Positions 1 through 8,272 of a stretch of 64,000 nt of DNA are shown here, in pieces; position 1 is the stretch's first letter; every line of letters starts with the position of its first letter. This DNA is from Narcine bancroftii. Its lineage: Eukaryota. The notes beneath the pieces were generated by a model. It did no database searches and was not told the origin of the DNA. It was given only the letters and a program-made list of their open reading frames with translations. A program made the translations under genes and the position numbers. The DNA lies in the NCBI RefSeq assembly GCF_036971445.1, contig NC_091476.1, forward strand, positions 81,964,001 through 82,028,000, written 5' to 3'.

Positions 1-1133
1 TCGCTCTGTATGACGGTATGGGGCTTCACTCTGTCTTCCCGCCCCAGGAGTGTGTGAAGGGTTGGGGCTTTGCTGTGAGTCCCTGCCCCAGGTGTGTGTG
101 ATGGGACGGGACGGGGCATCGCTCCGTGTGATGGAAGGGCTTCGTTCCGTGTGACGGGACGGGGCTTCGCTCCGCGTGACGTGACGGGGCTTCGCTCCGT
201 GTGACGGGACGGGGCTTCGCTCCGTGTGACGGGACGGGGGTTCGCTCCGTGTGACGGGATGGGGCTTCTCTCCTAGTTACGGGACGGGGCTTCGCTCCTT
301 GTGACGGGACGGGGCTTCGCTCCGTGTGACGGGACAGGGTGAGACTTTGCTCTGTGTGACGGGTGAGGGTTTTATTCTGTGTCCCTGCTTCGGGAGAGTG
401 TGACGGGACGGTGCTTCGCTCTGTGAGACCTGACAGGGCTTCACTCTGTCTCCCCGTCCCTGGAGTGTTTGACGGGACGGGGCGACCCTTTGTGTGACGG
501 GACGTGGCGACGCTACGTGTCTGCGCCCCAGCATTGTGTGACGGGATGGCGCTTCACTCTCTGTCCCTGGCACGGGAGTGTGACGGGACGGGGCTCCAGA
601 CCGTGTAAAGGGTCGGGGCTTCGCTCCGTGTGACGGGAGTGGACGAGGCTTCGCTCCGTGTGACGGGACGGGGCTTCGCTCCGCGTGACGGGACGGGGCT
701 TTGCTCCGTGTGACGGGACGGGTCTTCGCTCGGTGTGGGACGGGACTTCGCTCGTGTGACAGGACGGTGCTTCGGTCCGTGTCACGGGATGGTGTTCGCT
801 CCGTGTGACGGGACGGGGCTTCGCTCCGTGTGACGGGACGGCGCTTTCCTCTGTGTGACGGGACGGGGCTTTGCTCCGTGTTACGGGATGGGGCTGCGCT
901 CTGTGTGACGGGACGGGGCTGCGCTTCGTGTGACGGGACGGGGCTGCGCTCCATGTGACGGGACGATGGCTTCTCTCCTTGTGACGGGACGGGGCATCTC
1001 TCCTCGTGACGGGACGGGGCTTCTCTCCTTGTGACGGGACGGGGCTTCGCTCCTTGTGACGGGACAGGGCTTCGCTCCGTGTGACGGGACAGGGTGAGAC
1101 TTTACTCTGTGTGACGGGTCAGGGCTTTATTCT

Positions 1134-4100
1134 GTGTCCCTGCCTCGGGAGCGTGTGACGGGATGGTGCTTCGCTCTGTGTGACTGGACAGGACTTCACT
1201 CTGTCTCCCCGTCCCTGGAGTGTTTGACGGGACGGGGCGACCCTTTGTGTGACGGGACGTGGCGACGCTACGTGTCTCCGCTCCAGCATTGTGTGATGGG
1301 ATGGCGCTTCAATCTCTGTCCCTGCCCCGGGAGTGTGACGGGACGGGGCTCCAGTCCGTGTAAAGGGTCGGGGCTTCGCTCCGTGTGACGGGTGTGGACG
1401 AGGCTTTGCTCTGTGTGACGGAATGGGGATTTACTCTGTGTCCCTGCCCCGGGAGTGTGTGACGGGATGGGTCTTCACTCTGTGTGAAGGGACGGGGCTT
1501 CTCTCTGTGTGACGTGACGGGGCTTCGCTCCTCGTGACGGTACGGGGCTTCGCTCCTCGTGATGGGACAGGGCTTTGCTCTGTGTCCCTGCCCCGGGAAT
1601 GTGTGAAGGGTTGGGGCTTTGCTCTGTGTCTACACCCCAGGTATGTGTGAAGGGACGGGGCTTTGCTCTGTGTGACGGGACGGCTTTGCTCTGTGTGACG
1701 GGACGGGGCTTTGCTCTGCGTGACGGGATGGGATTTCACTCTGTGTGACGGGAAGAGGCTTCTCTCTGTGTGAAGGGACGGGGCTTCGCTCTACGTGACG
1801 GGACAGGACTTTGCTCCATGTGACGGGTCGGGGCTTCGCAGCGTGTGACGGGACGGTGCTTTGCTCCGTGTGACGGGACGTGGCTTCGATCCGTGTGACA
1901 GAACGTGGCTTCGCTCTGCGTGACGGGACGCGGCTTCACTCTGTTTCACCGCCCCTGGAGTTTTTGGCGGGACGGGGCGACGCTTTGTGTGATTGGACGG
2001 GGCGATGCTACGTGCCTCCGCCCCAGCATTGTGCGACGGGATGGTGCTTCACTCTCTGTCCCTGCCCCGGGAGTGTGACGGGACGGGGATTCGCTCCGTG
2101 TGACGTATAGGTGCTTCGCTCCGTATGACGGGAGAGGACGAGGATTTGCTCTGCGTAACGGGACAGGGCCTCGCTCTTTGTGACGGGACCGGAATTTACT
2201 CTGTGTCCCGGCCCCGGGAGTGTGTGAAGGGTTGGAGCTTTGCTCTGTGTCCCCACCCCAGGTTTGTGTGACGGGATGGGGCTTTGCTCTGTGTGACGGG
2301 ACGGGGCTTTGCTCTGTGTGACGGGACGGGGCTTTGCTCTGTGTGACGGGATGGGTCTTCACTCTGTGTGATGGGACGGGGCTTCTCTCTGTGTGACGAG
2401 ACGGGGCTTCGCTCCACGTGACGGGATGGGACTTCGCTCCTCGTGACGGGACGGGGCTTCGCTCCTCGTGACTGGACGGGGCTTCGCTCCTCGTGACGGG
2501 ACGGGGCGTCGCTCCTCGTGACGGGACGGGGCTTGCTCCTCGTGATGGGACGGGGATTCTCTCCTCGTGACGGGACGGGGCTTCGCTCCACGTGACGGGA
2601 CGGAGCTTCGCTCCTCGTGACGCGACGGGGCTTCGCTCCTCTTGACGGGACGGGGCTTAGCTCCTTGTGACGGGACGGGGCTTCGCTCCTTGTCCCTGCC
2701 ATGGGAGTGTGTGACGGGAAGTGGCTTCGCTCTGTATGACGGTATGGGGCTTCACTCTGTCTTCCCGCCCCAGGAGTGTGTGAAGGGTTGGGGCTTTGCT
2801 GTGAGTCCCTGCCCCAGGTGTGTGTGATGGGACGGGACGGGGCATCGCTCCGTGTGATGGAAGGGCTTCGTTCCGTGTGACGGGACGGGGCTTCGCTCCG
2901 CGTGACGTGACGGGGCTTCGCTCCGTGTGACGGGACGGGGCTTCGCTCCGTGTGACGGGACGGGGGTTCGCTCCGTGTGACGGGATGGGGCTTCTCTCCT
3001 AGTTACGGGACGGGGCTTCGCTCCTTGTGACGGGACGGGGCTTCGCTCCGTGTGACGGGACAGGGTGAGACTTTGCTCTGTGTGACGGGTGAGGGTTTTA
3101 TTCTGTGTCCCTGCTTCGGGAGAGTGTGACGGGACGGTGCTTCGCTCTGTGAGACCTGACAGGGCTTCACTCTGTCTCCCCGTCCCTGGAGTGTTTGACG
3201 GGACGGGGCGACCCTTTGTGTGACGGGACGTGGCGACGCTACGTGTCTGCGCCCCAGCATTGTGTGACGGGATGGCGCTTCACTCTCTGTCCCTGGCACG
3301 GGAGTGTGACGGGACGGGGCTCCAGACCGTGTAAAGGGTCGGGGCTTCGCTCCGTGTGACGGGAGTGGACGAGGCTTCGCTCCGTGTGACGGGACGGGGC
3401 TTCGCTCCGCGTGACGGATCAGGACTTTGCTCTTTGTCCCTGCCCCGGGAATGTGTGAAGGGTTGGGGCTTTGCTCTGTGTCTACACCCCAGGTATTTGT
3501 GACGGGACGGGGCTTTGCTCTGTGTGACGGGACGGGCTTTGCTCTGTGTGACGGGACGGGGCTTTGATCTGCGTGACGGGACGGGGCTTTGCTCTGTGTG
3601 ACGGGAAGGGGATTTGCTCTGTGTGACAGGACGGGGTTTGCTCTGTGTGACGGGATGGGTCTTCACTCTGTGTGACGGGAAGTGGCTTCTCTCTGTGTGA
3701 AGGGACGGGGCTTCGCTCTATGTGACGGGACAGGACTTTGCTCCATGTGACGGGTCGGGTCTTCGCAGTGTGTGACGGGACGGTGCTTCGCTCCGTGTGA
3801 CGGGACGTGGCTTCGATCCGTATGACAAGACGGGGCTTCACTCTGCGTGACGGGACGCGGCTTCACTCTGTTTCACCGCCCCAGGAGTTTTTGACGGGAC
3901 GGGGCGACGCTTTGTGTGATGGGACGGGGCGATGCTACGTGCCTTCGCCCCAGCATTGTGCGACGGGATGGTGCTTCACTCTCTGTCCCTGCCCCGGGAG
4001 TGTGACGGGACGGGGCTTCGCTCCGTGTGACGGATAGGGGCTTCGCTCCGTGTGACGGGAGAGGACGAGGATTTGCTCTGCGTAACGGGACAGGGCCTCG

Positions 4101-7100
4101 CTCTTTGTGACGGGACCGGGATTTACTCTGTGTCCCGGCCCCGGGAGTGTGTGAAGGGTTGGAGCTTTGCTCTGTGTCCCCACCCCAGGTTTGTGTAACG
4201 GTATGGGGCTTTGCTCTGTGTGACGGGACGGGGCTTTGCTCTGTGTGACGGGACGGGGCTTTGCTCTGTGTGACGGGATGGGTCTTCACTCTGTGTGACG
4301 GGACGGGGCTTCTCTCTGTGTGACGAGACGGGGCTTCGCTCCACGTGACGGGACGGGACTTCGCTCCTCGTGACGGGACGGGGCTTCGCTCCTCGTGACG
4401 GGACGGGGCTTCGCTCCTCGTGACGGGACGGGGCTTGCTCCTTGTGACGGGACAGGGCTTCTCTCCTCGTGACGGGACGGGGCTTCGCTCCACGTGACGG
4501 GACGGGGCTTCGCTCCTCGTGACGGGACGGGGCTTCGCTCCTCGTGACGGGACGGGGCTTCGCTCCTCGTGACGGGACGGGGCTTCGCTCTTTGTGACGG
4601 GACGGGGCTTCGCTCCTCGTGACGGGACGGGGCTTCGCTCCTCGTGACGGGACGGGGCTTCGCTCCACGTGACGGGATGGGGCTTCCCTCCTCGTGACGG
4701 GACCGGGCTTCGCTCCTCTTGACGGGACGCGGCTTCGCTCCTCGTGACGGTACGGGGCTTCGCTCCTTGTGACTGGACGGGGCTTCGCTCATCGTGACGG
4801 GACGGGGCTTCGCTCCTCGTGAAGGGATGGGGCTACGCTCCTCGTGACGGGACGGGGCTTCACTCCTCGTGACGGGACGGGTCTTCGCTCCTCGTGACGG
4901 GACGGGGCTTCCATCCTCGTGACGGGACGGGGCTTCCCTCCTCGTGACGGGACGGGGCTTCGCTCCTTGTCCCTGCCATGGGAATGTGTGACGGGAATTG
5001 GCTTCGCTCTGTGTGAAGGTATGGGGCTTCACTCTGTCTCCCCGCCCCTGGAGTGTGTGAAGGGTTCGGGTTTGCTCTGAGTCCCTGCCCCAGGTGTGTG
5101 TGAAGGGACGGGACGGGGCTTCGCTCCGTGTGACGGAAGGGACTTCGTTCCGTGTGACGGGACGGGGCTTCGCTCCGTGTGACGGGACGGGGCTTTGCTC
5201 CGTGTGACGGGACGGGTCTTCGCTCCATGTGGGACGGGACTTCGCTCGTGTGACAGGACGGTGCTTCGGTCCGTGTGACGGAAGGGACTTCGTTCCGTGT
5301 GACGGGACGGGGCTTCGCTCCGTGTGACGGGACAGGGCTTTGCTCCGTGTGACGGGACGGGTCTTCGCTCCGTGTGGGACTTTGCTCGTGTGACAGGACG
5401 GTGCTTCGGTCCGTGTCACGGGACGGGGCTGCGCTCCATGTGACGGAACGATGGCTTCTCTCCTTGTGACGTGACGGGGCATCTGTCCTCGTGACGGGAC
5501 GGGGCTTCTCTCCTTGTGACGGGACGGGGCTTCGCTCCTTGTGACGGGACAGGGCTTCGCTCCGTGTGACGGGACAGGGTGAGACTTTACTCTGTGTGAC
5601 GGGTCAGGGCTTTATTCTGTGTCCCTGCCTCGGGAGAGTGTGACGGGATGGTGCTTCGCTCTGTGTGACTGGACAGGACTTCACTCTGTCTCCCCGTCCC
5701 TGGAGTGTTTGACGGGACGGGGCGACCCTTTGTGTGACGGGACGTGGCGACGCTACGTGACTCCGCTCCAGCATTGTGTGATGGGATGGCGCTTCAATCT
5801 CTGTCCCTGCCCCGGGAGTGTGACGGGACGGGGCTCCAGTCCGTGTAAAGGGTCGGGGCTTCGCTCCGTGTGACGGGAGTGGACGAGGCTTTGCTCTGTG
5901 TGACGGAATGGGGATTTACTCTGTGTCCCTGCCCCGGGAGTGTGTGAAGGGTTGGGGCTTTGTTCTGTGTGACGGGATGGGTCTTCACTCTGTGTGAAGG
6001 GACGGGGCTTCTCTCTGTGTGACGTGACGGGGCTTCGCTCCTCGTGACGGTACGGGGCTTCGCTCCTCGTGATGGGACAGGGCTTTGCTCTGTGTCCCTG
6101 CCCCGGGAATGTGTGAAGGGTTGGGGCTTTGCTCTGTGTCTACACCCCAGGTATGTGTGAAGGGACGGGGCTTTGCTCTGTGTGACGGGACGGCTTTGCT
6201 CTGTGTGACGGGACGGGGCTTTGCTCTGCCTGACGGGATGGGATTTCACTCTGTGTGACGGGAAGGGGCTTCTCTCTGTGTGAAGGGACGGGGCTTCGCT
6301 CTACGTGACGGGACAGGACTTTGCTCCATGTGACGGGTCGGGGCTTCGCAGCGTGTGACGGGACGGTGCTTTGCTCCGTGTGACGGGATGTGGCTTCGAT
6401 CCGTATGACGGGACGGGGCTTCGCTCTTCGTGACGGGACGCGGCTTCACTCTGTTTCACCGCCCCTGGAGTTTTTGGCGGGACGGGGCGACGCTTTGTGT
6501 GATTGGACGGGGCGATGCTACGTGCCTCCGCCCCAGCATTGTGCGACGGGATGGTGCTTCACTCTCTGTCCCTGCCCCGGGAGTGTGACGGGACGGGGAT
6601 TCGCTCCGTGTGACGTATAGGTGCTTCGCTCCGTGTGACGGGAGAGGACGAGGATTTGCTCTGCGTAACGGGACAGGGCCTCGCTCTTTGTGACGGGACC
6701 GGGATTTACTCTGTGTCCCGGCCCCGTGAGTGTGTGAAGGGTTGGAGCTTTGCTCTGTGTCCCCACCCCAGGTTTGTGTGACGGGATGGGGCTTTGCTCT
6801 GTGTGACGGGACGGGGCTTTGCTCTGTGTGACGGGACGGGGCTTTGCTCTGTGTGACGGGATGGGTCTTCACTCTGTGTGAGGTGACGGGGCTTCTATCT
6901 GTGTGACGAGACGGGGCTTCGCTCCACGTGACGGGACGGGGCTTTGCTCCTCGTGACGGGACGGGGCTTCGCTCCTCGTGACGGGACGGGGCTTCGCTCT
7001 TTGTGACGGGATGGGGCTTCGCTCCTCGTGACGGGACGGGACTTCGCTCCTCGTGACGGGACGGGGCTTCGCTCCTCTTGACGGGTCGGGGCTTCGCTCC

Positions 7101-8272
7101 TCGTGACGGGACGGGGCTTCGCTCCTCGTGACGGGACGGGGCTTCGATCCGTATGACGGGACGGGGCTTCGCTCTGCGTGACGGGACGCGGCTTCACTCC
7201 GTTTCACCGCCCCTGGAGTTTTTGGCGGGACGGGGCGATGCTTTGTGTGATGGGACGGGGCGATGCTACGTGCCTCCGCCCCAGCATTGTGCGACGGGAT
7301 GGTGCCTCACTCTCTTCCCTGCCCTGGGAGTGTGACGGGACGGGGCTTCGCTCCGTGTGACATATAGGGGCTTCGATCCGTGTGACGGGAGAGGACGAGG
7401 ATTTGCTCTGCGTAACGGGACAGGGCCTCGCTCTTTGTGACGGGACCGGGATTTACTCTGTGTCCCGGCCCCGGGAGTGTGTGAAGGGTTGGAGCTTTGC
7501 TCTGTGTCCCCACCCCAGGTTTGTGTAACGGTATGGGGCTTTGCTCTGTGTGACGGGACGGGGCTTTGCTCTGTGTGACGGGACGGGGCTTTGCTCTGTG
7601 TGACGGGATGGGTCTTCACTCTGTGTGACGGGACGGGGCTTCTCTCTGTGTGACGAGACGGGGCTTCGCTCCACGTGACGGGACGGGACTTCGCTCCTCG
7701 TGACGGGACGGGGCTTCGCTCCTCGTGACGGGACGGGGCTTCGCTCCTCGTGACGGGACGGGGCTTCGCTCCGTGTGACGGAAGGGACTTCGTTGCGTGT
7801 GACGGGACGGGGCTTCGCTCCGTGTGACGGGACGGGGCTTTGCTCCGTGTGACGGGACGGGTCTTCGCTCGGTGTGGGACGGGACTTCGCTCGTGTGACA
7901 GGACGGTGCTTCGGTCCGTGTCACGGGATGGTGTTCGCTCCGTGTGACGGGACGGGGCTTCGCTCCGTGTGACGGGACGGCGCTTTCCTCTGTGTGACGG
8001 GACGGGGCTTTGCTCCGTGTTACGGGATGGGGCTGCGCTCTGTGTGACGGGACGGGGCTGCGCTTCGTGTGATGGGACGGGGCTGCGCTCCATGTGACGG
8101 GACGATGGCTTCTCTCCTTGTGACGGGACGGGGCATCTCTCCTCGTGACGGGACGGGGCTTCTCTCCTTGTGACGGGACGGGGCTTCGCTCCTTGTGACG
8201 GGACAGGGCTTCGCTCCGTGTGACGGGACAGGGTGAGACTTTACTCTGTGTGACGGGTCAGGGCTTTATTCT
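1134..8272. repeat. ~7.14-kb higher-order repeat unit (module order B-C-A-B-C-A-B-C-C), copy 1
   Basis: The MSLPRERV-type B marker occurs at 1134 and again at 8273 (7139 bp). The block recurs at +17699 (1134>18833, 2196>19895, 3003>20702, 5619>23318, 7266>24965, 8273>25972). Confidence 0.85.

Noticed and set aside
209-225. Rho-independent terminators, cUUCGg tetraloops or tRNA/structured RNA genes
   Set aside because: The hairpins have no U-tract, the loop context is C-TTC-G rather than C-UUCG-G, and there is no cloverleaf or rRNA similarity.
1606-1617. Telomere-like motif (AAGGGTTGGGG)
   Set aside because: It is a single-monomer variant (GGGAC>GGGTT). I saw no tandem TTAGGG or TTGGGG runs.
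5218-5234. CENP-B-box-like 17-mer CTTCGCTCCATGTGGGA (8 of 9 core positions of NTTCGNNNNANNCGGGN), with about 8 copies in domain I
   Set aside because: It lacks the essential second CpG (TGGG instead of CGGG). It arises easily from a 5-bp-shortened monomer that already contains TTCG and GGG, and the normal monomer has the wrong spacing (10 nt instead of 7).
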